Positions 20,670-32,204 of a stretch of 64,000 nucleotides of DNA are shown in pieces. The stretch is from contig JAFGCO010000011.1 in NCBI GenBank assembly GCA_016932575.1, positions 108,321 through 172,320 of the forward strand. Direction: 5' to 3'. The DNA comes from a bacterium. GTDB lineage: Bacteria > Zhuqueibacterota > QNDG01 > JAFGCO01. Position numbers and translations under genes: made by a program. How positions within the stretch are numbered: position 1 is the first letter of the stretch; the number at the start of each line of letters is the position of its first letter. Under the pieces are notes generated by a model. It made no database searches and was not told the origin of the DNA. It saw only the letters and a program-made list of their open reading frames with translations.

Positions 20670-21338
20670 GGCTTACTCCTTTAGTTGAATAACAAAATTA
20701 AAATCACCCTCCATCATCTGATTGGAAGCATGAAAGACAATTCCCTTCCTTCTCATCCGAAAAGAAAGGGGTCAACCGGGTAGTTTCAAACATGTCAGCA
20801 TCCTCATGGACAGTCACCTCCTTTCAATAAGAATCACACGTGAATAATAGGGGATTTTCTGTAACATAAAAAACATCTCCCGCTCAGAAATTCTTCATTA
20901 TTTCACATGAAAAATCAACCGATGAGTTAATCTGCCCTTCCCACTGAATATTAATATTTCAACTTGATAACAATGCGATGATTCAAATTATCTGTTTTTT
21001 TATGCAATCGTTTGAAATAAACGGCCTTCCGTAAATATACGCCCCATGATTTCATCGGTGCGCGCGCTATTGCGCTCCCTTATATAAAAATACAGGTTGC
21101 TTTTTATAACGTATATTTTTTTGGAGCCGTTCATAGATATTAATAACAGATCAATCAGAAAATAACTTGTCTATTATAGTATTTTTTAAGACTTTTGTCA
21201 AGTAAATTTTTTTTCAGCAATAAAAATAATAGGCTCTGCAATATTCAGTTACATTTTACTATAATAAAAAAATTTAAGAAAAACAAGACGATTTTTATGC
21301 TTCTGTGAGGTAAAAAACAGGATAAAATGAACATATAA

Positions 21339-21761
21339 TCACTCAGAAGAAACCATCTCCTGGATGGCTCTTTTTAAAACATCAATATTAAAAGGTTTGG
21401 CAAAATATGGCAATTTCATTCGTTTAAAAAAGGCGAGGGCATGGCGGTTCACCGCATCTCCCGTGATAAAAATTGTTTTGCGTGCCAATGCTGCATTTTG
21501 ATGAATAATTTTATTATAGAACAATTCTCCTGTCATCCCCGGCAATCGAAAATCAGATACAATGACATCATACTTCTGATTTTTCATCTTACTCAGGGCA
21601 GTTTGACAATCGCGCACCCAATCCACTTTATATCCCAGCTCATCGACAACACGCTGAATCAAATATCCCATGACTTCTTCATCGTCCACCGCCAGAACTT
21701 TGAAAGCGGAAGAATTATTTTTTCTCTTGATTCTTGACGGTTTTTTCTGTTCTGAAGTCAT
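21339..21761 (-). CDS. response regulator (stand-alone receiver domain)
   Basis: 140 aa CheY-like REC (VLAVDDE...DVIVSDFRLPGMTG). Confidence 0.85.
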   Translation of the reverse strand: MTSEQKKPSRIKRKNNSSAFKVLAVDDEEVMGYLIQRVVDELGYKVDWVRDCQTALSKMKNQKYDVIVSDFRLPGMTGELFYNKIIHQNAALARKTIFITGDAVNRHALAFFKRMKLPYFAKPFNIDVLKRAIQEMVSSE

Positions 21762-21803
21762 TATCTCAAATTACCGATATCTTGAAGACAAACCTTTCGA
21801 TCA

Positions 21804-22553
21804 TCATGCACTTTGCTTTAAATGATTATGAATATACTTTTCCATCCAACCACGATCTTTAAAAAATGTATTTCGATTCAACATAATGACCCCCGTGTCC
21901 TTCACTGTATGTTGTAAATTCGCTCCCTGGCTTTCTACCAGCAATATCACGGGTTTGCCGGGGGCTCGTGAATCAATATCGTTTAAAATTTTCCATTGTG
22001 ATTGATCCAGATAAAGCTCGTCGATTAAAAAACAGTCAATCGTACCAGCATCAAGATATTGTAAAAAAGCGTCGCGGGAACCGAAGCCCACAATCTCCAA
22101 ACCGGTGCCCTTTAAATGCGAACGAATTTTTTCAAGTGTCTTCTCATCACTAAAAAGTAAAATTTTAAATGAGACCTTTTTGGTTCCGGGATTCCATGTG
22201 TTTTCCACTTCTTTCACCTTATCCACCAGTTGATGTACAGAAAAAGGTTTGGTAATCTTTGGATAAATGACACCATCCCTTTCCTCAACCTGCTGACTCT
22301 CAAATCCATAAGCAGACATTAAAATTACCGGAATTTGAGGGTGAAGTTTTTTAATTTCTGAAGCGAGAGTATATCCGTCCATCGGGCTCATACGTATGTC
22401 CGAAACCACAACGTCCACAGACTTCTTTCCTAAAAGTTCCAATGCTTCAGGACCCGTCTGCGCTTCTTCAACACCGTAATCCAGCCGTCTTAATCCCATG
22501 GACAGTGTTTTTAAAACATTTTTCTCGTCATCTACAAGTAATATACAGGACAT
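21804..22553 (-). CDS. response regulator with receiver domain plus degenerate second receiver-like domain
   Basis: 249 aa; N-terminal REC (LLVDDE...VVVSDIRMSPMDG); C-terminal half REC-like without obvious phospho-Asp. Confidence 0.75.
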   Translation of the reverse strand: MSCILLVDDEKNVLKTLSMGLRRLDYGVEEAQTGPEALELLGKKSVDVVVSDIRMSPMDGYTLASEIKKLHPQIPVILMSAYGFESQQVEERDGVIYPKITKPFSVHQLVDKVKEVENTWNPGTKKVSFKILLFSDEKTLEKIRSHLKGTGLEIVGFGSRDAFLQYLDAGTIDCFLIDELYLDQSQWKILNDIDSRAPGKPVILLVESQGANLQHTVKDTGVIMLNRNTFFKDRGWMEKYIHNHLKQSA

Positions 22554-22773
22554 ATCCCACTCCTGTTGCCTACATCATTTAAACTTAAAACAAATATTAT
22601 GCCATTTATGTAATGAAAATTAAAAAATGGATTTTATTAAATAAAATATGGATTTCAAACAACATTCCGAATATACATAGACGGGCAGGGCAAATCAGAA
22701 TTTCCATAATGGAATGTTTCTCTTCACAGATTGAAAATAATCACTGCTGTTAAAACGGCATCAATTCCTGCAA

Positions 22774-24162
22774 TCAACCGGCAATCGATTCTTCCTTGCG
22801 CTTTGGTTCAATACCATACAGTTTCAATTTTCGCCAAAGGGTGGTGGTGGAAATACCCAGAATTTCAGACGCCTTCTTTTGATTCCAGACACATTTATCC
22901 AAAGTCATCAGTATATGTTTTTTCTCTAAAACTTCCAGAGTTTGTCCGCCGCCAACCAGCATTTCAGGTTCTTCGATGATCGGCTGCTGTTCATTGCTTA
23001 AAATACTGCTGGGCAGATCTTCGGGTAAAATCACATTTTTAGAAGCTAAAATTAAAGCCCGCTCAATAACATTTTCCAGCTCGCGCACATTGCCTGGCCA
23101 ATCGTATTGCATTAAGCACTTCATGGCCTCTGGAGAAATTGACGGATTGCTCTTCTTGGTACGTTCCTGATATGTTTTTAAAAAATGATCGGCCAATAAA
23201 GGAATATCATCCCTTCGGTCCCGTAATGGAGGAAGATCAATAGGAATCACATTCAAACGATAATAAAGATCTTCACGAAATCTGCCTTCCTCTATGAGTT
23301 TCTTAAGATCCTGATTGGTCGCAGCGATCAACCGGACATCAACATACAACGGCTCATTTTCACCAACCCGTCGAATTTCACCATCCTGAAGAAAACGAAG
23401 CAATTTTACTTGTGTTGAAAGGGCCGTCTCTCCAATTTCATCTAAAAACAGTGTGCCGCCATTGGCTTCCTGAAACAGGCCGCGCTTATCTTTGATGGCG
23501 CCTGTAAAAGCACCCCGGACATGACCGAATAATTCACTTTCCTGAAGATTCTCCGGCAATGCTCCGCAATTAATTGTGATAAACGCCCGGTTCTTTCGCC
23601 GGCTATTCAAATGGGTAGCCTTGGCAATCAGCTCTTTTCCTGTGCCGCTGTCTCCAGAAATAAGTACCGTGCTATCGGTTTTCGCAACTTTCGAAACCAG
23701 TGCAAGTACCTCCATCATACGATTTGAATTGCCAATAATATTCTCAAACCGATATTTTTCCCGAAGCTCATCCTGAAGTTGTTCTACTTCATTGATCAAT
23801 TCCCGGCGCTCGATTGCTTTCTTGACCAAAATTAAAAACTCATCTTTGTCAAATGGCTTCTGAATATAATCATATGCACCCAGCTTCATAGCCTCAACAC
23901 CGCTCTCGACAGTACTGAATGCCGTCATGACCATGACTTCAGTTGTATCGTAAGCACTTTTGACTTTGCGTAAAACTTCCATCCCATCGATCGGTTCCAT
24001 TTTTAAATCGGTAATAACCAGATCAAAAAACTTATTTTTCAGTATTTCCAGAGCCTTTTCACCATTCATTGCTTCTTCTACCTGATACCCAACTCGCTTC
24101 AGCATAAGAGACAGGGTTGTACGCACTGATTTTTCATCATCAACGAGTAATATATCTGTCAT
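22774..24162 (-). CDS. sigma-54-dependent transcriptional regulator (NtrC family)
   Basis: REC + AAA+ (GDSGTGKE Walker A, GAFTGA sigma54-contact motif) + C-terminal HTH. Confidence 0.9.
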   Translation of the reverse strand: MTDILLVDDEKSVRTTLSLMLKRVGYQVEEAMNGEKALEILKNKFFDLVITDLKMEPIDGMEVLRKVKSAYDTTEVMVMTAFSTVESGVEAMKLGAYDYIQKPFDKDEFLILVKKAIERRELINEVEQLQDELREKYRFENIIGNSNRMMEVLALVSKVAKTDSTVLISGDSGTGKELIAKATHLNSRRKNRAFITINCGALPENLQESELFGHVRGAFTGAIKDKRGLFQEANGGTLFLDEIGETALSTQVKLLRFLQDGEIRRVGENEPLYVDVRLIAATNQDLKKLIEEGRFREDLYYRLNVIPIDLPPLRDRRDDIPLLADHFLKTYQERTKKSNPSISPEAMKCLMQYDWPGNVRELENVIERALILASKNVILPEDLPSSILSNEQQPIIEEPEMLVGGGQTLEVLEKKHILMTLDKCVWNQKKASEILGISTTTLWRKLKLYGIEPKRKEESIAG

Positions 24163-24197
24163 AAAAATTAGCCCCTTATTTTTTAAGGTTCAATTAT

Positions 24198-26261
24198 TTA
24201 CGATGACTTCTTTTCAAAAATCGGCAAAATCACCGAAAAACTGGTCCCCTTCCCTGATTCACTTTCAACTTGAATATCTCCCCCATGCTGGTCAATAATA
24301 CGGCGGCAAATGGCCAATCCCATACCCGTCCCCTTTTCTTTGGTCGAATAAAACGGCTGAAATATTTTTTTCAGATGATCGGAATGAATACCAATACCCG
24401 TATCGGAAACAACAATCTGAATCTGGTCGCTCGAATCGACATCTGTCCGTTTATTAGAGGATACCTGCAAAGTACCGCCGCTCTCCATGGCATCCAGACT
24501 GTTCAGGACCAGATTGGTAAACACTTGTTGAATCTGATATCTGTCCAGCCACAGTTTTGGCAAATCATCATTCAGATTCTCTACCCATTTAACTTTTTTA
24601 TTATTGTTCACCTCTTTATATCTTTTGACAACATCCCTGATTACCTGATTAATTTCGACTTCCTCAAATGAGGGTGGCCGGGGACGAGCAAATTGCAAAA
24701 AATCCTCAATAATGGCAGCCATTTGATCGGTTTCTTCCTTGACCACACACAATAACTGTTGTCCCTCATCCGAAAGCTGTGATTCATCCTGCAACAATCC
24801 CACAGATGTTTTAAGTGCGACCAGAGGATTTCGAATCTCATGCGCAATTCCAGCAGAAAGTTCACCGATTGCAGCCAGCTCTTCACTACGGTAAAGTCTA
24901 CGCTCCAACTCCCTCTGATTGGTCATATCAATTAATGAAACCAGCGTCTGTTGTGTGCCGGGAATTGCAGTACTGCTCATATGAATCTGCAGGGTATGCC
25001 CGTCACGATTCACAAACTCTGTCTCAAAATGGCCTGTTTTCGCCGAATTCGAAAATTTCACTTTTCTGTTTTCTGATTTCAAAAAAAGATCCAGAGTCCG
25101 TTTGCCAATCAAATCCTTGCGCTTATAGCCACAGAGCTTTTCAAATGCACAATTAACCAGCTGAAAACACTGCCTCTGATCAATAATGGCCAGACTGGGG
25201 CCTGCAGATTCAAACAGATTCCGATATCGAACTTCCGACTGCTTCGTCTCTTCATACAGACGGGAATTTTCAATGGCAATAGTCGTTTGTTCAGCGATAC
25301 TCACCAATGCTTTAATCGTTCCTTCATCAATGGATTGATCATGACAGAAAAACGCGGCCATCACTCCCAAAGCCTGTTTTCCACTGATAATCGGAACAAA
25401 AGCGACACTTTGGACCTTCAGACTGTTCAGCCATTTTTTATAAGGTTCATCCGATACATCTTCGGTAAAATGAAATATAAGGGGTTCCTGTAAAATCAAT
25501 GTCCGGCCAACTGGATTCTTGGATCTGGCTGTCATTGAATATTTAAGACCGAGAGACTTTGTCTTTAAACCAATACCAAAACCGGCACGTCCCTCAATCA
25601 ATTTGGCTTCGTCATTCACCATACCGATCCAGGCGCCGTCAAAACCCAGTGATTGGACCACTACCTTCGCCAAATTTTCCAGTACCGTATTTAAATGGTC
25701 GATTTTCTGTGTAACCGTAATCGCCCGGCTGACAGCAATAAATCGTTGGGCACGGAGCGCTGCCTCTTCATAAATTAAGCTGTTATAAATGGCCTGGCCT
25801 AAAATTTCACCCGTCTCTAACAATAACTGCTGTTCTTCAGTCTTGAATGTTCGTGCCACTCGTGTGTATAATCCCAGTACGCCTACCAGTTTACGTTTCT
25901 GTACAAGGGGAATACCGGCATAAGATACTAAATTTTCTTTTTTAATAATTTTAAAAGGAATTCCGCATTTTGAATCTAATGCATCGATAAAAAGAGGCGT
26001 ATTATTTTTGGCAATCTGTCCCGCCAATCCCTCTCCCATTTGAATAACACCGACACCAACCATGTCAGGCGATAGGCCCCTATGGGCTTTTATGGTCAGC
26101 AAATGGGCATCCGGCTCATAAATCAATATTTCTGCAGCCGGAATATTAAATATCGGGAGCAAATCATCTAAAGCGCTATGTAAAATCTCATCCAGTTGCA
26201 GACTTTGCTGCACTGACACTGCAATATTGTTTAGATTTTTATAATAATCGTCGATTTGCAT
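24198..26261 (-). CDS. GAF-domain sensor histidine kinase
   Basis: 687 aa; GAF/PAS-like N-terminal modules, H-box AGIAHEIRNPL, HATPase G-boxes DTGIGI / GTGMGLAI. Confidence 0.9.
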   Translation of the reverse strand: MQIDDYYKNLNNIAVSVQQSLQLDEILHSALDDLLPIFNIPAAEILIYEPDAHLLTIKAHRGLSPDMVGVGVIQMGEGLAGQIAKNNTPLFIDALDSKCGIPFKIIKKENLVSYAGIPLVQKRKLVGVLGLYTRVARTFKTEEQQLLLETGEILGQAIYNSLIYEEAALRAQRFIAVSRAITVTQKIDHLNTVLENLAKVVVQSLGFDGAWIGMVNDEAKLIEGRAGFGIGLKTKSLGLKYSMTARSKNPVGRTLILQEPLIFHFTEDVSDEPYKKWLNSLKVQSVAFVPIISGKQALGVMAAFFCHDQSIDEGTIKALVSIAEQTTIAIENSRLYEETKQSEVRYRNLFESAGPSLAIIDQRQCFQLVNCAFEKLCGYKRKDLIGKRTLDLFLKSENRKVKFSNSAKTGHFETEFVNRDGHTLQIHMSSTAIPGTQQTLVSLIDMTNQRELERRLYRSEELAAIGELSAGIAHEIRNPLVALKTSVGLLQDESQLSDEGQQLLCVVKEETDQMAAIIEDFLQFARPRPPSFEEVEINQVIRDVVKRYKEVNNNKKVKWVENLNDDLPKLWLDRYQIQQVFTNLVLNSLDAMESGGTLQVSSNKRTDVDSSDQIQIVVSDTGIGIHSDHLKKIFQPFYSTKEKGTGMGLAICRRIIDQHGGDIQVESESGKGTSFSVILPIFEKKSS

Positions 26262-26278
26262 ATATAATTTGATTTTTC

Positions 26279-26854
26279 TTAGGATATATATTTCGGTAAA
26301 AATAATCCGCCGGAGAGTGCTCCTATCACCCAGACACCGAATACCATCGCAAATCCGACCACGATTAAAAACAGAATTTTGTTTTTCAGGGATAGAAAAT
26401 GAACCTCTACCCCATGATAGAAAATGTACAGACCGAAAAGTGAAATAATTGGCACAAGAACGCCCAGAAGTGGATTGACATAAAGCACTCCCACCATGAG
26501 CAGCGGTAAAAAACTGAAAAATGATAATTGCATGCCTATTGTCTCATCGATTTCTGTCTCAAAAAGAATGGCCAGTATATGAATGAATTTACCGATGCCT
26601 GCCATCAAGGCCAGCAGAAGTATATACCATACAAACGCCTTGAGAAGTGCTGCTCCGAACTGCCAATATCCCCAGCACAGGAATCGTGCAATGGCCGACG
26701 GCAGAGCCCAGACAGCCATTTCTCTGATCACTTTCCATTCATCTTCCGGAGTCTGGAGCTGAGACCATGTCTGTGATGGATTTTTATAAAAAGCAATTAA
26801 TTTCAGACACACATCGCGATACTGACTGATCGTCTGATATATAAACGAAGCCAT
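26279..26854 (-). CDS. small polytopic membrane protein (Yip1-like?)
   Basis: ORF with 4-5 TM helices; start moved to first ATG (M9) at 26854. Confidence 0.5.
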   Translation of the reverse strand: MASFIYQTISQYRDVCLKLIAFYKNPSQTWSQLQTPEDEWKVIREMAVWALPSAIARFLCWGYWQFGAALLKAFVWYILLLALMAGIGKFIHILAILFETEIDETIGMQLSFFSFLPLLMVGVLYVNPLLGVLVPIISLFGLYIFYHGVEVHFLSLKNKILFLIVVGFAMVFGVWVIGALSGGLFLPKYIS

Positions 26855-26917
26855 ACTTTGTTTCCACCCTATTGCCAAAAATTAAATTTATTCGGATTAA
26901 CTTTATGAAATAACACC

Positions 26918-27448
26918 CTAGTTCTCACGCCGGATAATGTGATAACCTAAGGGTGTCTTGATAACACTGCTGATCTCACCCGATTTAAGTTTCAGAGCCG
27001 CCTGCTCAAAGGCCGGCAGTAAATCTCCCCGTTTAAACGAGCCCAGATAACCGCCTTTTGTTGCGCTGGCTTTGTCTGTAGAATATTTTTTGGCCAATTC
27101 ATCAAAACTGGCACCGCTTTTCAATTGCTTTAATATATCCCTTGCTTCCGATTCAGTTTTTAATAAAATATGACTCGCTGACAAAGCAAAACCCTCTACA
27201 AGTGTCGGATCATCCGTTAAAGAGGATTCCCAAACCCACCCTGTAATCTGAACTTTCACCCAATTAGGACGTTTCTCTAATACTTCTACTTGTGTGCCGC
27301 TATTCAATATACCGATTTTTTGACCACTGGGAGAATCGCGTAAATTTTCATTTTTTACTTTAACATACTGAACACCCCCCTGACCGAACAGCAGCGCTTG
27401 AAACAGAATAAATATGCAGAAAAAAATCGGATGCCGATGAATTCGCAT
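26918..27448 (-). CDS. secreted SH3b-domain / PpiC-type peptidyl-prolyl isomerase
   Basis: Signal peptide, SH3b-like segment, parvulin-type C-terminus; start at ATG 27448 preceded by GAGGAG. Confidence 0.7.
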   Translation of the reverse strand: MRIHRHPIFFCIFILFQALLFGQGGVQYVKVKNENLRDSPSGQKIGILNSGTQVEVLEKRPNWVKVQITGWVWESSLTDDPTLVEGFALSASHILLKTESEARDILKQLKSGASFDELAKKYSTDKASATKGGYLGSFKRGDLLPAFEQAALKLKSGEISSVIKTPLGYHIIRREN

Positions 27449-27845
27449 AATCTCCTCACTCACTTTGTTTATCCTTTCATATTAACAAAACAATATATCT
27501 TCCAAAACAACGACAATAATCATTTTGAATTCAGACTCTGTATCTATGTTCATTTCATTTTGAAAATAATCATTTCTTGTTAAAAATTCAAGATATTTAT
27601 AATGAAATTTTATTTGATCAGCGTTAAAATCAATTTGATAAAGATTGATAATACATAACTGCTTCGTTATTCCATAGTCGTCAATAAATACAGGGTATAT
27701 CATTTTTACGAACAAATATTCAATATTTTTAAAGAATTGAACGATAAAACCGACCATTTCTTGACAATAATATGTTTAAATCGTATATTCTAAAAAATAC
27801 AGAATTAAAGTGAGTCACGAGCCAAATCCTCAGGGGATCACTTCA

Positions 27846-29456
27846 ATGAAACGAATACGCAGGCACCATATTTTCATTCTATTCTTCATCAGTCTGTTAT
27901 GGATCACAGGAGCCACGTCTTATCTGTATGAATCAGGACGGTCGCTGTATGCAAAAATTGAACTCTTCAGCACAATATTCAGAACCATTCAGGAACAATA
28001 TGTTGATGAAACTGATTCCCAGGATTTAATAGAAAACGCCATTGAAGGCATGGTATCAAGCCTGGATCCTCATACCATGTACTTTACCAAAGAAAAATTT
28101 CAGGAATGGAATCAGGATTTTGAGGGATATTCAGGGATTGGAATTTATTTTGATGTGATTCGTGGCAAAATAACCATTCTGTCTGTGATTTCCGGAGGAC
28201 CTTCGGACAAAGTGGGACTTCATACAAGTGATAAAATTATTGGAATCAACGGAAAATCTGCAATCGGTATCAAACGGGATGAAGTCCCTCTTAAATTAAA
28301 GGGCCCACGAGGATCACAGGTTGAAATACTGGTGGAACGCAAAGGATGGAAAAATCCCAAATCATTTACAATCATCCGGGATGAAGTGCACATTGAAAGT
28401 GTCCCGTATTCATTTATGATTCAACCTCAAACCGGGTATATCAATATCGCCCGTTTTTCCGCTACCACGGAAAAAGAATTTCAAGACGCACTCGAAAAAC
28501 TGGATGCTCAGGGAATGCAGAGACTGGTTTTGGATCTGCGGCAAAACGGCGGAGGCTATCTCGAAAGTGCGGTTAAGGTGGTGGACCGCTTTTTACCAGG
28601 AGGACATCGAATTGTATATACAAAGGGGCGGGTGAAAAATACATTCCGGGAGTACTTTTCCACTTCACGCACATCACATGCCCATTTACCCTTAGTCGTA
28701 CTGATCGACAGAGCCTCTGCTTCTGCTTCTGAAATTGTCGCCGGTGCGCTTCAGGACTGGGACCGCGCTCTGATTATCGGTGAGACCAGTTTTGGCAAAG
28801 GATTGGTTCAGGGACAATTTCCAATGCGGGACGGATCAGCGCTGCTGATGACTACCGCGCGTTATTACACCCCCTCGGGCCGTATGATCCAGCGTCCCTA
28901 TGATCAGAAAACACACCATGAATATTTTACTGAAATTTTTAACGATGACCGGCGAGACCAGCTCGAAGAAGACACATCCCGGCCAATGAAATATACATTG
29001 ATCCTGAACAGGAAGGTTCTTGGCGGGGGAGGTATTATGCCGGATATTGAATTTTCTGTTGAAAATGATACCCTCAGTGATGTTATTCGGCGGCTGGTTT
29101 ATTCTCCTGAACGGTTTTTCTTTACCTATGTAGATCTCAATATGAGGAGCAACCTGAAAACCAAAATAGAATTTAATGACTTCCTGAAAAGCTATCATGT
29201 CAATGGTAACAATCTTCAAAAATTTCTTGAATACATCAGGAAACAGGGATTTAAAATCAGCAACCGTGAATTTGTAAAAAATAAAAAGGACATCGAATTC
29301 TTTTTAAAATTATCAATGGCATCGGTTATCTGGGGGGACGAAGCCCGCTATAAACTGCAGATGACCCGTGACAGGCAGCTTATGGAAGCGCTGACCCATT
29401 TATCATCTTCGGAAAAAATATTAAAACGAGCCTATGCCGTCGGCCAAAAAAGTTAA
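27846..29456 (+). CDS. S41 family C-terminal processing peptidase
   Basis: PDZ domain plus catalytic block LVVLIDRASASASEIVAGALQDW...GETSFGKG; start moved to ATG at 27846 giving a signal peptide. Confidence 0.85.
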   Translation: MKRIRRHHIFILFFISLLWITGATSYLYESGRSLYAKIELFSTIFRTIQEQYVDETDSQDLIENAIEGMVSSLDPHTMYFTKEKFQEWNQDFEGYSGIGIYFDVIRGKITILSVISGGPSDKVGLHTSDKIIGINGKSAIGIKRDEVPLKLKGPRGSQVEILVERKGWKNPKSFTIIRDEVHIESVPYSFMIQPQTGYINIARFSATTEKEFQDALEKLDAQGMQRLVLDLRQNGGGYLESAVKVVDRFLPGGHRIVYTKGRVKNTFREYFSTSRTSHAHLPLVVLIDRASASASEIVAGALQDWDRALIIGETSFGKGLVQGQFPMRDGSALLMTTARYYTPSGRMIQRPYDQKTHHEYFTEIFNDDRRDQLEEDTSRPMKYTLILNRKVLGGGGIMPDIEFSVENDTLSDVIRRLVYSPERFFFTYVDLNMRSNLKTKIEFNDFLKSYHVNGNNLQKFLEYIRKQGFKISNREFVKNKKDIEFFLKLSMASVIWGDEARYKLQMTRDRQLMEALTHLSSSEKILKRAYAVGQKS

Positions 29457-29507
29457 AAACGAAAGGATGGATCAAGCGCGCGAGAAAATATAGTCGGAGA
29501 GTAAAGA

Positions 29508-31181
29508 TTAATATATAATTCTTAAATCATCATCGTATATCGCTGTTTTTGAAGTATCTGCATTTTTAATTATCTGTGCTACGGCCTGAAGTAAATCCGT
29601 TAAGGTATACGGCTTCTGAAGAAAGGGTATACTTTTTTCTTTTATCACAGACCATTGAGATTTTGAATCTGTATAACCACTTGTAAGCAGCACTCTCAGG
29701 TCTTTTCGTTGTTTTTGCATTTGTTCAATCAGTTGCACACCACTCAGATCAGGCAGTACAACATCGCAAAGGATAAGATCGATTTTATCCTTGATTTTAT
29801 TAAACTGCTTTAAGGCTTCACCTGCATCTTTTGCCACGTCAACCTTATAACCATTCCGTTCCAAAGCCCGAGTTGTAAACTCGCGAACGCACCTTTCATC
29901 TTCAATCAGTAAAACATGTTCTGAATTGCCCTTTAAATTTTTTATCTTTACTGTATCCTTATGCGTCTCAGGAATCTCTATTTTTTTACCCGGGAGATAG
30001 ATTCGGAAAACACATCCTTTTTTTGATTCACTGTAAACATTTATCCATCCCTTGTGGTCCTTTACAATCCCATAAACCACGGACAGTCCCAGGCCCGTTC
30101 CTTTATTGGGTCCCTTGGTGCTAAAGAATGGCTCGAATATACGATCCATATGTTTTTTATCAATGCCCGGTCCCGTATCCGTAACACTCAGGCGTACAAA
30201 ATGTCCCGGATAGGCTTCGGGAATCATTTCACAATCGATTTCCTTCAGATGGACCATATCCGTCTGAATCGTAATCTGACCACCATCCGGCATCACATCC
30301 CGCGCATTGACAGTCAGGTTTAAAATCACCTGTTCCAGAGTACCGGGATCGCCGTATACTGCCCATAATTTTGAATCCAGCGCAGTCACAATACTGATAT
30401 CCTCACCAATCAACCGATGCAGCATTTTAAGCAATCCAACGATCAGTTTATTTAAATCCAAATATGAAAAACGAGTCAAATGTTTTCTGCTGAAAAGCAA
30501 CAGTTGCCTTGTCAGGTCAGCGGCTCCTGTTGTCGCGATATTGATCTCTTCCAATTCTTCATAAACAGGATGCGATTTTCCAATTGCCTGCAGGGCCAGA
30601 TCGAGAGAACCACGAATAGCCGTCAACAGATTATTGAAATCATGGGCAATGCCCCCTGCCAAAGTGCCAATCGCTTCCATTTTTTGCATATGGAGCAACT
30701 GCTCCTGCATCTTTTCATTTTCTATTTCAGCTCGTTTTCGTTCTGTCACATCTTGAGAAGTGATAATTGCCCCGTTTGGAAATGGTGCAATATTGATACA
30801 AAGATAGCGATCTTTATATTTTTGTTCAGCAAACTGTTTGGTCTCCCCGCTTTCAATACAGTGCATTAATTCTTTGTACATATCAATCTCATGTTTTGCC
30901 GCATAATCTTTGTACATCACTTCGCCAATAAATGGCAAACGTTCGCCCGATTTTCGTTTTGCAAGATTATACCCGGTAACATGTCCCTCACGATCCACAA
31001 CCACTGTTTCAATAGGATTGTAATGGAATAAAGCATAATTGAACGATTCGCTCTCCTGCAGTGCCCCTTCGAGACGCGCCCGTTCTTTCTCGGCACGCTC
31101 TAGACGTTCAATCCTTTGTTGAAGGCGTTTATTTTCTTCAAGAAGTTCCTGCTTGGAATTACTTTTTTCGTGTTTTGACAT
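29508..31181 (-). CDS. hybrid sensor histidine kinase / response regulator
   Basis: Coiled coil + PAS, H-box GGIAHDFNNLL, HATPase (GTGLGLSVVYGIV), C-terminal REC. Confidence 0.9.
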   Translation of the reverse strand: MSKHEKSNSKQELLEENKRLQQRIERLERAEKERARLEGALQESESFNYALFHYNPIETVVVDREGHVTGYNLAKRKSGERLPFIGEVMYKDYAAKHEIDMYKELMHCIESGETKQFAEQKYKDRYLCINIAPFPNGAIITSQDVTERKRAEIENEKMQEQLLHMQKMEAIGTLAGGIAHDFNNLLTAIRGSLDLALQAIGKSHPVYEELEEINIATTGAADLTRQLLLFSRKHLTRFSYLDLNKLIVGLLKMLHRLIGEDISIVTALDSKLWAVYGDPGTLEQVILNLTVNARDVMPDGGQITIQTDMVHLKEIDCEMIPEAYPGHFVRLSVTDTGPGIDKKHMDRIFEPFFSTKGPNKGTGLGLSVVYGIVKDHKGWINVYSESKKGCVFRIYLPGKKIEIPETHKDTVKIKNLKGNSEHVLLIEDERCVREFTTRALERNGYKVDVAKDAGEALKQFNKIKDKIDLILCDVVLPDLSGVQLIEQMQKQRKDLRVLLTSGYTDSKSQWSVIKEKSIPFLQKPYTLTDLLQAVAQIIKNADTSKTAIYDDDLRIIY

Positions 31182-31265
31182 TTAATACGGTTCCTGTTGC
31201 ACTCAATAAACACAAAACGAATTTCATTTTACGGATAATTCTTTTAAAAAACAAACTGAATTATG

Positions 31266-32162
31266 TTAATTTTTTGTCATATTTCTCAAACGCAGGGATC
31301 CGATCAACACACCTCCAATGATCAGACATAACCCGATCACAGATGAGATTAAAATATGTTCCTTAAGTATCAATTTTAAAAATATAAGAGATAAAAAAGG
31401 ACTCAAATAGACCACATGGCTGATGGAACCGGCAGACGGAGCCAGTTCCAATGCCCGCATCCACAAAACGAATGTAAGTCCCATTTCACCTAAGCCTATC
31501 CATATTGCACAAATCATACCAGAATATGAAGGCAAATAAATATTATTCCGGAAAAATAAATACAGAAAAAGATAGCAAAATCCGAAAATAAAATTCATCC
31601 TCATCTTCTGAAGCGCCGGTCGGTCTTCATGCATATTGCCAATCCAGTACACTGCCCAAATTACTGAACTGCCCACAGCGAGCAGCATACCGGTCGTATG
31701 AGAAAAATGAAAACCAAAATGCCCCCTTGTAGAAATCACCAGGACGCCGAATAATCCGCATCCCAATGCAACAATATGTCGCATATGCAGCCGTTGTTTG
31801 AAAATAATCGACGAAAAAATTGATAATGTAATGGGCCATGTATAATTTAAGGGCTGGGCTTCACTCGCTGGTAATAGATCATATGCCTTGAATAACACCA
31901 GGTAATATAAAAATGGATTTAATAATCCCAGAAGGGCTGAACGGTATATTGCCTGTCGGGAAAGGACCTTCAAATGCTCCTTTTCTCTGCAAAAAATTGC
32001 TGCTGCCAGAAGAAAAAGAACTGACCAGAACGTGGACCATCCCAAAAGGGCTGAACTGTCATGATGGAAATACTGCAATCCCAATTTAAATGCCGTGGCA
32101 ACTGTTGACCATAACAATGTAGCCAACATCGCATAGAAATAGGATTTATACAGGTGAGTCAT
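31266..32162 (-). CDS. DMT superfamily (EamA-like) transporter
   Basis: 298 aa, 10 TM helices in two EamA-like halves. Confidence 0.8.
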   Translation of the reverse strand: MTHLYKSYFYAMLATLLWSTVATAFKLGLQYFHHDSSALLGWSTFWSVLFLLAAAIFCREKEHLKVLSRQAIYRSALLGLLNPFLYYLVLFKAYDLLPASEAQPLNYTWPITLSIFSSIIFKQRLHMRHIVALGCGLFGVLVISTRGHFGFHFSHTTGMLLAVGSSVIWAVYWIGNMHEDRPALQKMRMNFIFGFCYLFLYLFFRNNIYLPSYSGMICAIWIGLGEMGLTFVLWMRALELAPSAGSISHVVYLSPFLSLIFLKLILKEHILISSVIGLCLIIGGVLIGSLRLRNMTKN

Positions 32163-32204
32163 AAATATTCAGGAGACATGAATATGTGAAAAGGGATATT
32201 CCTT

